The translations under genes and the position numbers were made by a program. The notes below the pieces were generated by a model. That model searched no databases. It saw nothing but the letters and a program-made list of their open reading frames with translations, and was not told the DNA's origin. From NCBI RefSeq assembly GCF_006345805.1, contig NC_043005.1:9300001-9364000 (forward strand): a DNA stretch of 64,000 bases, in the 5' to 3' direction. This document shows, in pieces, positions 24,091-38,411 of this stretch. The stretch's first letter is position 1. Every line of letters starts with the position of its first letter. Source of the DNA: Octopus sinensis. Taxonomy: Eukaryota.

Positions 24091-24499
24091 TATGGAGCTT
24101 TCTACTTTGTCGCTCAAACTTGCAAAAGAACAACGGCCCCTAAAAAGAAACAAATAAAAAGAAAAAAAAACCGAGCTAAGTCTCTTAAATCAAATCTCCT
24201 CCACCGTTTTACAAAACGGTAAAGACAGTTTAGATTATCATTGATAATCCTAGCCACGATCTGGATGGCCAACGTTGAAAATCTTTGATCATAAATCTTC
24301 TCAGCAACAAAAAATGATAATAACAATAACAATAACAAATCATTGATCTACAACAACAATGACAGGAGCAATAAAAGGCAACTATAAAGACAACAGCAAA
24401 CAACGACCACTACTACTACTACCACCACCGTCACTACTACTACTACCACCACCACCACCACCACCACTACTACTACTACTACTACTTCTTCTTCCACAA

Positions 24500-24890
24500 G
24501 TATAGTACGGCTTCTAGAAAGGTACATCTACTGGAGAAAGACGCTTTTGTATCAACCACCACTAGTCGGCTTACATTTTAGAAAGGTTGGAAATTTCAAG
24601 AGAGACTTCGGCGGTGCCTAGCATGCAAATATCCTATCAATATTTCCCGCTAATACATTCCATACATTGTCCATCCCTTGGATGAGAAATTTGCTAACCC
24701 ATCGAACTATCGTGTTGATGGAGACTTTTCTCCGGATCTCTCAATCAATCTTAGTGTTTCGTTGGGAACACCTGGATTGATGTCCCCACACACTTCTTTC
24801 TATACATTAATAACTTCTTTCTGATACATTCAACAACACGTATGTAAATGACACCACCCTTCAATCCCCCTAAATTTTCCCCATACAAAT
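24500..24890 (+). mobile_element. Degraded Crack/Jockey-like RT fragment
   Basis: RVDGDFSPDLSINLSV, FFLYINN and TYVNDTTLQS resemble VVVDG..SINAGVPQG, FLLFIND and SYADDTTL. Confidence 0.5.
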
Positions 24891-24942
24891 ACAAGTTACT
24901 ACACACTAAAGCTGCATTACATAAACAGAAACCTTCAGAGCA

Positions 24943-25711
24943 GCGGCGAGCTGGCAGAATCGTTAGCACTCCGGCCGAAATGCGTAGCCGTATTTCGTCT
25001 GCCGTAACTTTCTGAGTTCAAATTCCGCTGACGTCGACTTTGCCTTTCATCCTTTCGGGGTCGATAAATTAAGTACCAGTTACGCACTGGGGTCGATATA
25101 ATCGACTTAATTCCTTTGTCTGTCCTTGTTTGTCCTCTCTGTGTTTGGCCCTTTGTAGGTAGTAAAGAAATAGGTATTTCCTCTGTCTATACATTCTGAG
25201 TTCAAATTTCGCCAAGGTCGACTTTGCCGTTCATCCTTTCGGGGTCGATAAACTAAGTGCCAGTTACGCACTGGGGTTGATATAATCGACTTAATCCGTT
25301 TGTCTGTCCTTGTTTGTCCTCTCTGTGTTTGGCCCTTTGTAGGTAGTAAAGAAATAGGTATTTCCTCTGTCTTTACATTCTGAGTTCAAATTTCGCCGAG
25401 GTCGACTTTGCTTTTCATCCTTCCGAGGTCGATAAATTAAGTACCAGATACGCACTGGGGTCGAAGTAATCGACTTAATTCCTTTGTCTGTCCTTGTTTG
25501 TCCTCTCTGTGTTTGGCCCTTTGTAGGTAGTAAAGAAATAGGTATTTCCTCTGTCTTTACATTCTGAGTTCAAATTTCGCCGAAGTCGACTTTGCCTTTC
25601 ATCCTTTTGGGGTCGATAAATTAAGTACCAGTTACGCACTTGGGTCGATGTAATCGACTTAATTCCTTTGTCTGTCCTTGTTTGTTCGCTCTATGTTTAG
25701 CCCCTTGTGGG
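24943..25711 (+). mobile_element. SINE-C head followed by tandem body repeats (4 units, approx. 184 bp)
   Basis: tRNA-like head GCGGCGAGCTGGCAGAATCG..GAGTTCAAATTCC; conserved domain GTCGACTTTGCCTTTCATCC..GGGGTCGATAAATTAAGTACCAG repeated four times. Confidence 0.9.
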
Positions 25712-26313
25712 CCACACTCACTTTGATTGATTTAACGTGATAAATATCGTAATCACTACTTCTGATATAATAAAAGCGAAATTCTGTCTGGCGGGGATCC
25801 CTGCATCTCAATCTACATTTGCTCTGCATAGATATATATACCTTTTTGCAATCAAGATGAACAAGTGATGGAAAATTTGACTTTCATTTGGTTCTTGAAC
25901 ATCCAACATTACAATCTGATTTTAAAGCATTTGAGTTGCTATTTCAAGCAGGTAAAAATAGACTGATTCACGTCTTGGTTGGGCTTTGTCAGATGACGTC
26001 AGAGATCAAGGAGGAGATAAATGATATTTGCTTGGTTAAATTTCCTTCGAGATAAGAAGTTTGGGACAAATTGGCCAACAGATGGTATTCAACTTGGGAC
26101 TGGAACAATGAAATGATTGCGCCACAGGGTTAATTCTCATCCATTAATAACCTCTGATCAAACACCCCTGGGACATATAATCATTATTGATGTATCATAG
26201 TCATGCTATTTAGCTCTCTTTAGTTTTGGGCTGCAAGTCTCATTAGCCCTGCGCAAGACCTTGTGGCTTTTAAGCTAGTATATGATAAGACGTCCCTTCA
26301 TTATACGAGTATG

Positions 26314-26695
26314 GTGGAGGTGCAATGGCCCAGTGGTTAGGGCAGCGGACTCGCGGTCGTAGGATCGTGGTTTCGATTCCCAGACCGGGCGTTGTGAGTG
26401 TTTATTGAGCGAAAACACCTAAAGCTCCACGAGGCTACGGCAGGGATGGTGGTGATCCCTGCTGTACTCTTTCACCACAACTTTCTCTCACTCTTTCTTC
26501 CTGTTTCTCTTGTACCTGTATTTCAAAGGGCCGGCCTTGTCACTTTCTGTTTCACGCTGAATATCCCCGAGAACTACGTTAAGGGTACACGTGTCTGTGT
26601 AGTGCTCAGCCACTTACACGTTAATTTTACCAGCAGGCTGTTCCGTTGATCGGATCAACCGGAACCCTCGTCGTCGTAACGGACGGAGTGCTTCC
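26314..26695 (+). mobile_element. SINE-B, full length
   Basis: Matches the 8446 copy; 11-bp TSD ATACGAGT(A/G)TG. Confidence 0.92.
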
Positions 26696-26814
26696 ATACG
26701 AGTGTGACGCAACTAGAGACAGCACATTCGGTTTGAATGAGGATTCAAACTAAAACTAATCGTCTATTCTATCCTGGTGAAATTACATTCTAAACAGAAC
26801 CGCTTCCCAAGATA

Positions 26815-27255
26815 GTGCTCTTTTGTTCAGGGCCAAAAACATTTCCCACTTCAGAAGCTGCAGACACTATTCAAGGTCAGCTGAGACTCTCACAAATGCA
26901 ATGTTTTCACATTTCCCACAGTGCTCTAGTAACACATAGTTTATTATTGGACTGCATTCAGAGAAATGTCACTCGATTGATTAGCATCTTCCATGGGTTT
27001 GAATGTTCTCACAACTTCATCTTAGAAGCAATCTATCCCATTCATATCATCCCCCCTTGTATTGTTAAATGCAGCAACATGCATTCCACATTAATCCATC
27101 ATCCAAATTCTCCCTACTGAGACCATCAATTCTTCTGGTATTTTGTCCATGTCCATGTCTTTCTTGAGCGTGTGGTACACAGCGATTGGGAGAGCATATT
27201 AACGACATCAAGCCTGCCAGGATCAGAGGACCTGCAAAGTCATGTTCACAGAACC
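26815..27255 (+). mobile_element. Degraded Crack/Jockey-like LINE C-terminal fragment
   Basis: TIQGQLRLSQMQCFHISHSALVTHSLLLDCIQRNVTRLI resembles LYKAQIRPSLEYCSHIW...LLDRIQRKAIRLI. Confidence 0.55.
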
Positions 27256-27487
27256 TATTCCTTTACTACCCACAAGGGGCTAAACACAGAGAGGAAAAAC
27301 AAGGACAGACAAACGGATTAAGTCGATTACATCGACCCCGGTGCGTAACTGGTACTTATTTAATCGACCCCAAAAAGATGAAAGGTAAAGTCGACCTTGG
27401 CGGAATTTGAACTTAGAACGTAGCGGCAGACGAAATACGGCTACGCATTTAGCCCGGCGTGCTAACGTTTCTGCCAACTCGCCGCCT
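27256..27487 (-). mobile_element. SINE-C monomer, full length
   Basis: Head GGCGGCGAGTTGGCAG through end GTAGTAAAGGAATAGG. Confidence 0.9.
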
Positions 27488-28174
27488 AATGTTCACAGTA
27501 CCGTCCTCCAGACTCAGGAGGTGAAGTAAATCACCAGAACAATAAGAAAAGAAACATCAAAGCTATTACAACAAGAATAAAAACAAGAAAAAATCAGTAA
27601 CAACAGCGGCAGCAACAAAAAGGATGTAGAAATTCTACGGTAAGGACGTCTGGTAACTAGATGTAGGTGGAAGATATTGCTCTTAAGAAAAGTATGAACA
27701 TCAGATTAGAACATTTAATGTTAATGCCTTAGACTTGGCAGAGCCGATGTAACGGAATTATAAATATTCCTACTATAACTAGAAAAGTATATTAACACAT
27801 CCAACTTTCCAGCTCCAACTTATCTATAGATCTTCAAGTTAGCTCCATGTCTACTTAAATAATCAATGTATTTGTCTTTCCGTTCCGTTTATAGATGCTG
27901 TCATTTAGTTCATGTTAGTATTTGGTGTTGTTGCTGTTATTTTAGAAGTAACATATTTGTTATTGCAATATCATTTTATTGATATACCAGAGTAAATTTT
28001 AGTAGAGAGTAAAAAAAAAAAAAAAAACTAGAATTCTCTATACTGGAATGTTAACAAGATTCAGTATTCCTCTATCGATCCTAATTTTATACACGACTTT
28101 AAAAAAATGTTGTTTATGATGCAAAAGAATTGTCGGAATCAATTACTGAGTGCGTATATACCCATTCCGAATAT

Positions 28175-28247
<73 letters not shown>

Positions 28248-28899
28248 TGTGTATATATACACGTGTATGTATATATGTATATATATATTATATATATATA
28301 TATATGCATGTCTGTATGTGTAATTTATCGTGAGTGTGGGTATATTTGTGTGGCTTTGCATATAAAGACGGTATAGAACTAATGTTTAGAACGATGTGTC
28401 TTTACAATAGAATAGATAAGTCCGCTAAGAGAAATCGAATTTTCTATTCGAAGTATTTTGTTTCAGTCATACATCGATACCCTGAACACAGAGTAATTGT
28501 AAGAAAACCAGAATAGTGGATGTGAGATTATACGTTTATCTAATAAAAACTCACATGTGATTCATTCATGAATAGATTCGTACAGCAAAGACATACGTTG
28601 CGCACAAAAGATATTATCAAGTTATCAGAGATTTAAAACGTACTACTTTATGTTAATGTAATGAGAATCTGTATTTGCTATTTCACAACACAAACGTGGA
28701 GTGATATGTATCTATGTGTGACGCAACCACGTAGTGAAAGCATTTTTGAATTGTTTTCTCAGTTTTTGAGTTTTGGTGATTTGGTGATTTTTTTTTATAT
28801 ATACACGCACATACATACACACACACACGCACGCACGTACGCAAGCATGCACTCACACACACACACACACACGTATATATCTCAGACAATGAACACGAA

Positions 28900-29120
28900 A
28901 ACTAAATAACACGAGGTAAATACGTTTTAACAAGTGTGGTATTTAACACTTGAAAAATAACGATTTTTGACATTTCGGACACTGTTCCTTCATCAGGAAA
29001 AAATTTAAAAGTCAGAGATAGTAGTTGGAAAATATAACATAAAAAATAAGGTGTTTGTAAATATTTAGGGGCCAGTTGATAATTCAATTCCCCCTGATGT
29101 GAACCGATGGGCACTTAGGG
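28900..29120 (-). mobile_element. 3' end of a Penelope-like element
   Basis: QGELNYQLAPKY resembles PLE GIY-YIG termini and is followed by a hammerhead core. Confidence 0.55.
28963..29003 (-). ncRNA. Minimal hammerhead motif with one stem III transition
   Basis: UUUUUC-CUGAUGA-A-GGA-ACAGUG-UCC-GAAA-U-GUC-AAAAA; GAAAUGUC where GAAACGUC is expected. Confidence 0.55.
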
Positions 29121-29719
29121 ACTGTTGTGACCGGGTTAGTGTGGGAGAGTGGTATATAGGTTTCCCAAACTCTCACAGTGCTTTACCAAATTTTCCTGTA
29201 TTTGTACCACTTATTTTCTGATTCTTTCCCCGTCTTTTCCCCCTGAATGAAAAAAAAGTAAATGATTGTAATACTGTATTCGATTCATTATATGGTATCT
29301 AAAAATTTTGTATATAAATTTACATTGTAATCTCTTATTTAGCAATTTATGTTCATATGCTGTGTAATCAAGTTTAACTTATGTATAGATATTTTTAAAG
29401 CATTTATGTTCAAATAAAAACACATAACACCTAGCCAATATGTAATAACAGCGACAAAACATCAATAGCAACAGCAGCAACGATAGAAAAAATAACATCA
29501 ACGAGTGTATTATAAATTATTTCGCATTTCAAGAATTAATTAAAACTAATAACAACATTTGAAATGAAATTCAAAAATATTCCACCTGTCTGAGATGGTG
29601 CTTGAAATTGAGAGATATTTCAGCTGCCTCAGGAATGTCATAAAGGGAAAATATCATATCTGAAATAAAAAAAAAAAAATCATAATTTAGCAAATGCATT
29701 ATTGTTGTTTATCTCGTTG

Positions 29720-29860
29720 AGGTGGCAGAATCGTTAGAGCGTCGGACAAAAGGCTTGGCAGCATCTTTTCCCCGAAATTTTAACAATCTGTTTTGAAATG
29801 CGGCCGAGGTCAACGTTGCCTTAATTATTCGCTGTGGATAAAAAAAACATGTGTACCTGA
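29720..29860 (+). mobile_element. SINE-C, diverged fragment
   Basis: GGTGGCAGAATCGTTAG..GCCGAGGTCAACGTTGCC. Confidence 0.6.
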
Positions 29861-29907
29861 AGATCCCTGCCCACAGAATTACTGGGCATCATATGTGATA
29901 CTTAAAT

Positions 29908-29933
29908 ATGAATTATTATTATTATTATTGTTA

Positions 29934-30024
<91 letters not shown>

Positions 30025-30039
30025 TGTTGTTGTAGCAGG

Positions 30040-30123
<84 letters not shown>
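29908..30123. repeat. Compound (ATT)/(AGT)/(AGC) microsatellite
   Basis: Seen directly. Confidence 0.95.
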
Positions 30124-30124
<1 letters not shown>

Positions 30125-30342
30125 CGCCGGACATGCCGAGCAAAATGCTTACGGGTATTTCGCCCGGCTTTATGTTCTGAGTTTATATTCCTCTGCGGTC
30201 GACTTAGCCTTTCATCCAATTGGGGCCAAGAAATTAAGTACAAGTGAAACACAAGTAAAACGAAGCATTGGAGATGTAATCGATGAATCCCCTTCCAAAT
30301 GTTTCAAGCCTTGTACCTGTAGTAAAAAGGATTATTACTATT
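30125..30342 (+). mobile_element. SINE-C variant ending in (ATT)n
   Basis: GGTCGACTTAGCCTTTCATCC domain; tail CCTTGTACCTGTAGTAAAAAGGATTATT. Confidence 0.65.
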
Positions 30343-30873
30343 GAGTGAGAGAGCTGTGCATGCTATTAAAGTGAAACTGGGGTACAGATATATGAAGCCC
30401 AGTATACCCATCACTACTCACCGTCTGATAAGGGTACACCAGACACATTCATCAGAAACACATATACGCAACATGGTGATCTCTTATCAAGATAAACAGC
30501 GCATGGACTTGTAAGTGGGGTCCTGTTAGAATTTTCTTCAGGTCGAATGGTCCATTCCGTTCAAAAGGTCTTTGAATGAAGATTGATTAAGGATGTTGAA
30601 CAAAACAGCTATGTTTCCAAAACTGAAATATCCAAACTCCATAGAATTCTACTCAGCAAATAGCTACGATGTTCCCCCACTACTTATGCTCGTGATCAGA
30701 GATGCACACATCGTCAGCCACTACGGGCTCCACTGGTTAAGGTCAAACAATTGACAAACAAATCTATGGCATTGACAGAATATTTGCTGTAGCCCATCTT
30801 TTATAAAAAAGACAAAACAATGAACATGATAACATTTCCAGCCGGTTAAGTTCAGAAACCATGAGGGCCACTG
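30343..30873. mobile_element. Unclassified approx. 530-bp interspersed element, copy 1
   Basis: Homologous to 31525-31971 and (inverted) 34782-35135; no Pol III boxes, TIRs or ORF seen. Confidence 0.75.
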
Positions 30874-31524
<651 letters not shown>

Positions 31525-31971
31525 GTGTGAGAGAGCAGTGCATGCCATCAAAGTGACACTGGGGTAAAATATACGAAGCCCAGTATACCCATCATGACTA
31601 CCCGTCTGATAAGGGTACACTAGGCACATGCATCATAACCATACGTGGGCGATATAGTGATCTGATATCAAAATAAACAGCGCATGACCGTGCAGGTCGA
31701 GTAGTCCATCCCACTCAAAAGGTCCTTGAATATGGGTTGTTTAAGGATGTTAAACAAAACACCCATGTTTCCAAAGGTAAATTATCCAAACCGCAAAGAA
31801 TTCCTTTCAATACATGGATATGATGCTCCTCCACTACTTCTGCTCGTGTCATCAGTTACTAAGGAACATGCTCAACTGTCTTAAGTCAAACAAATGACAA
31901 GCAAATCAGTGGAATGATCAGACTATTTGCTGTAGCCCATCTTTTATACCAATGTACATAATAACACTTCC
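31525..31971. mobile_element. Unclassified approx. 530-bp element, copy 2
   Basis: Aligns to 30343-30873; ends next to the R4-like insertion. Confidence 0.75.
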
Positions 31972-31996
31972 ATTGTTTTGTCCTTATTATTATTAT

Positions 31997-32975
31997 TTTT
32001 TTTTCTTCTTTCAAATTTGCTTCCATTTCTTGCCGAGTGTCTTCCCGACTCCTAGGGCAAAGAAACTCATAGTGTATATTGGTAGGCCATTAAACCAAAC
32101 TCAGTAGTTCGTTCTTTTTTTTTTTTTAAGTTAAATTAAAATACATGAGCAGCAACAGTTCTCACATCGACAATGCTCTTCTCAATACGTGTGATGTACC
32201 AGTTAAGACAATCTTTTGCACTTCTTGCAGGGATGGTAAGCCAGGGATCATTCTCATATAATTTTCGGTTCCCTTCTTGATCATTCCTAGTGCTCCTACG
32301 ATCACTGGTATTGTAACTGCCTTGAGATGCCACATTTTCTCAATTTCAATGAGTAGGTCTTTATATTTTCTGAGCTTGTCAAACTCTTTCGCTGAGATAT
32401 TATGATCACAGGGGATGCTCATGTCGATCAATAAGCAAACTTTATTGTTTTGGTCTTTCACAACAATATCTGGTTTATTGGCCTTGATGGTTCGGTCTGT
32501 ATGTATTGGAAAGTCCCACAGAATGGTTACATTTTCTCCTTCAGTTACAGCCTCAGGGTGGTGATTATACCACTTGTCGGCAGTTTTGATATTGTAATGC
32601 CGACTTATTAGCCAGTGTAGATATTGGCCAACTCTGTCATGTCTTAATTTATACTCCAGTGGAGCTAAGACTTTACATCCAGAGATTAGGTGGTCCACTG
32701 TTTCAATCATGTCGTTGCAGAATCGGCATTTTGAGTCTGCTCCATTTTTCATCACATTGGCCTGGTAGTTCCGGGTTAATAGTCTTTGATCTTGAGCAGC
32801 CAGGATGAAACCTTTGCTCTCTGCTTTTAGCCCTGAGCTCCGTAGCCACTGATGGGTTTGCTTCTGGTCAACATCAGCTTGTTTGCTGCGGGTCACATAT
32901 TTGCCGTGCAGAGGTTTCTCCTCCCACCTATCAGCCAATTGCTCGTGCGCTTTTTTCTTTGCCATTATTTTCACC
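31997..32975 (-). mobile_element. 5'-truncated R4/Dong-like non-LTR element with intact ORF segment
   Basis: About 270 open codons with a CCHC knuckle (CRFC..ETVDHLISGC), RHD, KPDI..D..K..KY restriction-like endonuclease; (TAA)n on both sides. Confidence 0.9.
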
Positions 32976-33020
<45 letters not shown>

Positions 33021-33026
33021 GTATTA

Positions 33027-33073
<47 letters not shown>

Positions 33074-33088
33074 TATTATTATTATTAT

Positions 33089-33142
<54 letters not shown>

Positions 33143-33559
33143 GAGTAGTAGTAGTAGTAGTATGAAACAGAGGGGAGGAGAAGGAGCTAACTGAGGGTGG
33201 AATGTCGGTGGTGGTGGTCGTGGTGGTAGCGATGAATACACTATCAATTTGTGAATCTTAAAATCACTTTTTTCAGCCTTCTGAGACTGCTACAGTAAAC
33301 ACTAATGTGTGTAATAACACCTTAAGCAATATCTAATCTGTATTTATCAGGTTTCTTAAAGCCAAAATATTCGGACAATATATGTTCTAAGTCGAACACA
33401 TACATATATTCAACGACGCATTGTTTTTCACTGAAATCTTGGAAATTTGTTAGTAAAATTTTAGGTATACGGCCAAATTAGACAACATATAGAGATGTCT
33501 GCATTTTATAGTCGTAGTTTGTAGTTTCTTTCGAGGAGCAACGGACTCACGGTGTTGAT

Positions 33560-34765
33560 ATTCTTTGCCTTCTCGAAGGCCTGCAGCTACATTCAACCTG
33601 ACATGCTGCGTGTGGCAAAATACACCCCAAAAGCGATACTGACAGACTGCATGTGTCTACAAACAGGGGTGGAAGAGTTCTCATAGGATGCAAAATCTGT
33701 GTTGTCAACGAGAAGAACAGACTGGGTTAGAACACTAGGCAACAGAGTGAATATTTGCTTGTCTCTGTAGGAATTAACAATATACGCACCCATAAACATT
33801 TAAGAAACAAAATGAAGAAGAAACAGTAAACAACTGGAAAATGAAACCGCTGCATGGGTAATATCTCGGAGAAATCGAAGGAAACCACATGATCAATACT
33901 TGAAGATGGCTAAGAAAAAATGGTCTGAGAGGATGCACTGGGGCTTTGATATGCAGCGCCCAAGAAAAAACTCTGAGAACTAATTACACCGAGTTCCAAG
34001 TATATAAGAATAGCGAATCGCCCGTTTGTAGGATGTGTGGCAGCAGAAACGAAACAATCTCACATTGAGTGAGCGTAGCAAGCTGAGAATAGCACGTTAT
34101 CGTGCCTCCTTTTGTTGTGCTTTTGCACTAGAAAAGGAGGTACGATAGCGTGGCTAAGTTCGTCCACTGGATACTGTGAAAAGTACGGCCTGAACAGAGT
34201 ACGGAAATGGTACGAACATGAATCAGAAGGAGTCATCTAGGACATACGATACTGAAGAACTTTATAATCTAACGTGATTCCCTAACTGAGGCTCGGACAA
34301 GAATATTGTTGTGGTAGACAAAGGAAAGAGAGAAATCAAGATCATAATTACATGATGTTGCACGTATAAGTGACAAAAACTAGCAAAGATTGAAAAATAC
34401 AGGCTACTAAAACACAAAACTGTAAGAATGCGGACTATGAGGAGAGTGTCTGTCATTCAAGTAGTTGTAGGGAAACTCGGAGCACTAACAACCAGAATGT
34501 CAAAGAAATCGGAATTGATGTGAGGGAAGAGCAAGCCCAAAACACTGTTCTATTTAGGTTAGCTAAGATTTGAGGATTGGTATTTGAATACTGAATGCTT
34601 CCCACGATAATTAACAACCAAATATCAAAGCTTATAATATGGAGAAATAGACACTGCGAGACCTCTGACATTAGTTGCTGTCCGCTCTCACAGACTCTAC
34701 AAGGAGAAACAAGACTGAATGTTCTGAGAATTAAAACAAATTAACAACAACAACAACAATAATAA
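33560..34765 (+). mobile_element. Degraded R4/Dong-like element
   Basis: IHPKSDTDRL..GGRVLIGC, WKMKPLHG, ICSAQEKTLRTNY, CRMCGSRNETISH; ends in (AAC)/(AAT)n. Confidence 0.75.
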
Positions 34766-34781
34766 TCTCGCTGGAAGTGCT

Positions 34782-35135
34782 ATCTGTACATGATTTGTCT
34801 TGGTATAAAAGACCGAGTACAGCAAGCATTGTGTCAATACCACAGATTTGCTTGTCAGTGGTTACACTTTAACCAGTTGACCATATTCTTTGGTGACTCA
34901 CGATATGTGCATCTCTGATCACGACCAGAATTAGTGAGGAACATCGTAACCATATGTTTAGAGGAATTCTTTGTGGTTTGAATAGTTCACTTCTGGAAAC
35001 AAGGGTGTTTTGTTCAACATCTTTAAACAACCCTTATTCAAGGATCGTTTGAGCGGGATGGGCTACTCGACCTGAAAAAAAATTCTAACTGGGCCCCACC
35101 TGCAAGGTCATGCGCTGTTTATTTTGATATGAAAT
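34782..35135. mobile_element. Unclassified approx. 530-bp element, copy 3 (inverted, partial)
   Basis: Reverse complement aligns to copies 1 and 2. Confidence 0.7.
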
Positions 35136-35736
35136 GAGAAGAAGAATAGGAATAAAGGGAGGACGAGCAGTAGGAAGAGTGGGAGTAGGAAGATAGTGAT
35201 GGTTATTGGATATGAAGGGGCTGGCATTATTGTGTTATACTAGATGATGAAGAAAGGAAGGAGAAAGAAGGAAGGGGGGACGAATGTTATAAATTTAAAA
35301 AGTGACTCAACTAAAAGCAGGGAAGTAACATTTTACAGTGCGTTGGTGTTATTTTTGGAAGCTTACCATAAAATCGTGAGCAGATTGATTAGTAATCTAT
35401 AACAGTACTGGCACATTTACTTCAAGCAGACGTCTCTACATCATTTTTAGAAGTCTAATTCTAAGCCAGATAGTGCTTTTCTAATGTATGCAGTGGTTTT
35501 TGTTGCTGTTCTTCCTTCTTTTCCTTTGGCTGCTGCAATGTCTTAAGACAGAAATGTTGATTAAAAAAGAGTAAAATCGTAATAACCACCAATCTCGAAA
35601 CAGAATGATTAAAGAAATAAATATAAACGACAAAAATAAAAACACAAAATGGCTTTAAAAGAAGGGAGTAAGAATGAATACTCCTATATAACATATACAA
35701 AAGAAAACACGATTGTATATAACATTATGCAACACG

Positions 35737-35784
<48 letters not shown>

Positions 35785-35865
35785 CTGTCTGTCTGTCTGT
35801 CTAACGATCTATCTCTCTCTCTCTATGTATGTATGTATCTATCTATCTATCTCTCTATCTCTCTA

Positions 35866-35909
<44 letters not shown>

Positions 35910-35940
35910 ACTATCTATCTATCTATCTATCTATCTATTT
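35737..35940. repeat. (TATC)n/(TGTC)n microsatellite
   Basis: Seen directly. Confidence 0.95.
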
Positions 35941-36081
35941 ATGTAAATTTATTCGTCATTATACTTTATAGTCATACCACCGATCACTCACATATACGTA
36001 CATACATTGATACAGATACACATGCATACATACACACATACATATATACATACATAATACGTGTGTGTGTAAATATATATA

Positions 36082-36125
<44 letters not shown>

Positions 36126-36254
36126 GCTATCTACATATTTGCATATATCTATATATCTATGTACCAGCTCTCTCCCCCACTCTCTTTTCTCTCTCTGTTT
36201 CCTTCTCTCCCTTCACACACACACACAACGCACATACAAACACACACACACACG

Positions 36255-36285
<31 letters not shown>

Positions 36286-36788
36286 GTTTATAATAGAAAT
36301 ATGTTACAAAAGAAAATAGAAACTACACGTGGAAATGTAAGGGGAAAGAAAGAAGAAAAATAAGCGAAGATATACATTGGAAATCAAAAACGTAAAGGCT
36401 TTTCATGAAAAGTAACGATAGATATATACAATTTGATGAACTGAGGCAGGAATAAAAGTAATAAAAGTCATTATTGTAAATTGATAAAGATATTCAAAAG
36501 CATACCGGTTTCGCGAATTTACTAATCATTGCTTTAGATGCACACCAATTAATGAACCGTGTCAGGTCTACTAGTCCCTGAGTGAAACGATTATGTGTAA
36601 GGCAAGTATTTAGCTCTGGATTTGGTGCAATTAGGGTAGATCTACATCTGTAATGTGAATGGTGTATGGGATTATGGGTGTCAGCGGTATTAATTGAAAG
36701 GTTAGTAGTGTTCTGTATTATGCTATGTGTTCATATATATACATATTACATACCATATACATACACACCCACACACACACACACACCC

Positions 36789-36827
<39 letters not shown>

Positions 36828-36961
36828 ATCTTAGGGTAGCAAAAATTTTACAATAATTCTTTGCAACCAGTGGTCTAGTGAGAAGAAAAAACTAGTCAAT
36901 AGACTATATATTATTCATATAAAAATTATTCACATGAAAAATGTACACTGTATATATATAT

Positions 36962-37054
<93 letters not shown>

Positions 37055-37952
37055 ATATCATACTAAACATTTCTGTACGTGTAATTGTTATATACTTAAG
37101 AGACCTCTCTTGATACTATCAGCAATTGTTGAACTACTAATATTTTCCTAATGGATCCGAATTGATAAGCCATTTTCTATCAATTCACAATAAAAAGGAA
37201 CAACATATACACATGTGTGTGTATGTGCGTCATTATTAGTATGGTTCTCTTCTGTAGAATGCTAAATGTGGCTTTATCGTGAAGACATTTTTAGTTCAGT
37301 GTAGATGAATATTTATATTTAAGCACCTTTGTGTGGCATTCAATTTTATCCCACGTTTACATACCCAAGTCATCATAAATATCTGACGTATATATTTATG
37401 CATGTGTGAATGTTTCTGAGAACAGCACAGCATAAGAAACACATCTGCTTCCCAAGATATACAATACTATCATTAACTGAATACATAGGGAGATACGCGG
37501 GGAACCTCCTACCAAATTTCAAGCTTGTTCCTATATAACAATGCAGCATCGCTTAAATAAAGAGACTAAATTCATTGTTCATGTTGTCGTTTCCTTTTGA
37601 GTCAACTCTGAATTGAACTCTGATTGAAACCATTCTAGTTCAGGCTATTCATTTTATTTTCACGAATTCTAACACTATATTATCTATCTAAGTTTGTTAA
37701 TTAAACAATAGGATGAACTTTACGGTACAATTTGCATGTCAAGTGATTAGATAGAGGTCATTTGTTGGATCGTAGCTGAGACTCATAAATTTACTTATCT
37801 ACGACTGTGTAGTCTAATATATGTAGACTTGGATTCGAAATTTGGAAAGAGCTAAAGATTTATTATATATCAATAATTATGTGATGCCAACGTCAGACAC
37901 CTCTACCTCCATTGAATGACAGCGAGAGCCATTTGCTTACTTTTTCACTGAA

Positions 37953-38165
37953 CTCTTTTACTTGTTTCAGTCATTTCACTGTGGCCATGCTGGAGCACCG
38001 CCTTTTAGTCAAGCAAATCGACCCCAGGACTTATTCTTTGTAAACCTAGTACTTATTCTATCGGTGTCTTTTAGCAGAACCGCTAAGTTACGAGGACGTA
38101 AACACACCAACATCGGTTGTCAAGCGATGTGGGAGGATAAACACAGACACACACAAACATACACA

Positions 38166-38219
<54 letters not shown>

Positions 38220-38411
38220 ATATATTATATATATTTATATACATAAATACGACGGGCTTCTTTCAGTTTCTGTCTACCAAAACCACTCACAAGATTTTGG
38301 TCAGCCGAGGCATAGTAGAATACACTTACCCAAGATGCCACGCAGTGAGACTGAACCTGGAACTATGTGATTGGTAAGCAAGGTACTTACCACACAGCCA
38401 CTCCTACGCCT
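37953..38411 (-). mobile_element. SINE-A, full length
   Basis: Reverse complement of the 13870 copy. Confidence 0.92.

Noticed and set aside
32976-33247. N-terminal part of the 361-aa ORF 32162-33247
   Set aside because: Microsatellite read in frame with the truncated R4-like ORF; only 32162-32975 is element-derived.
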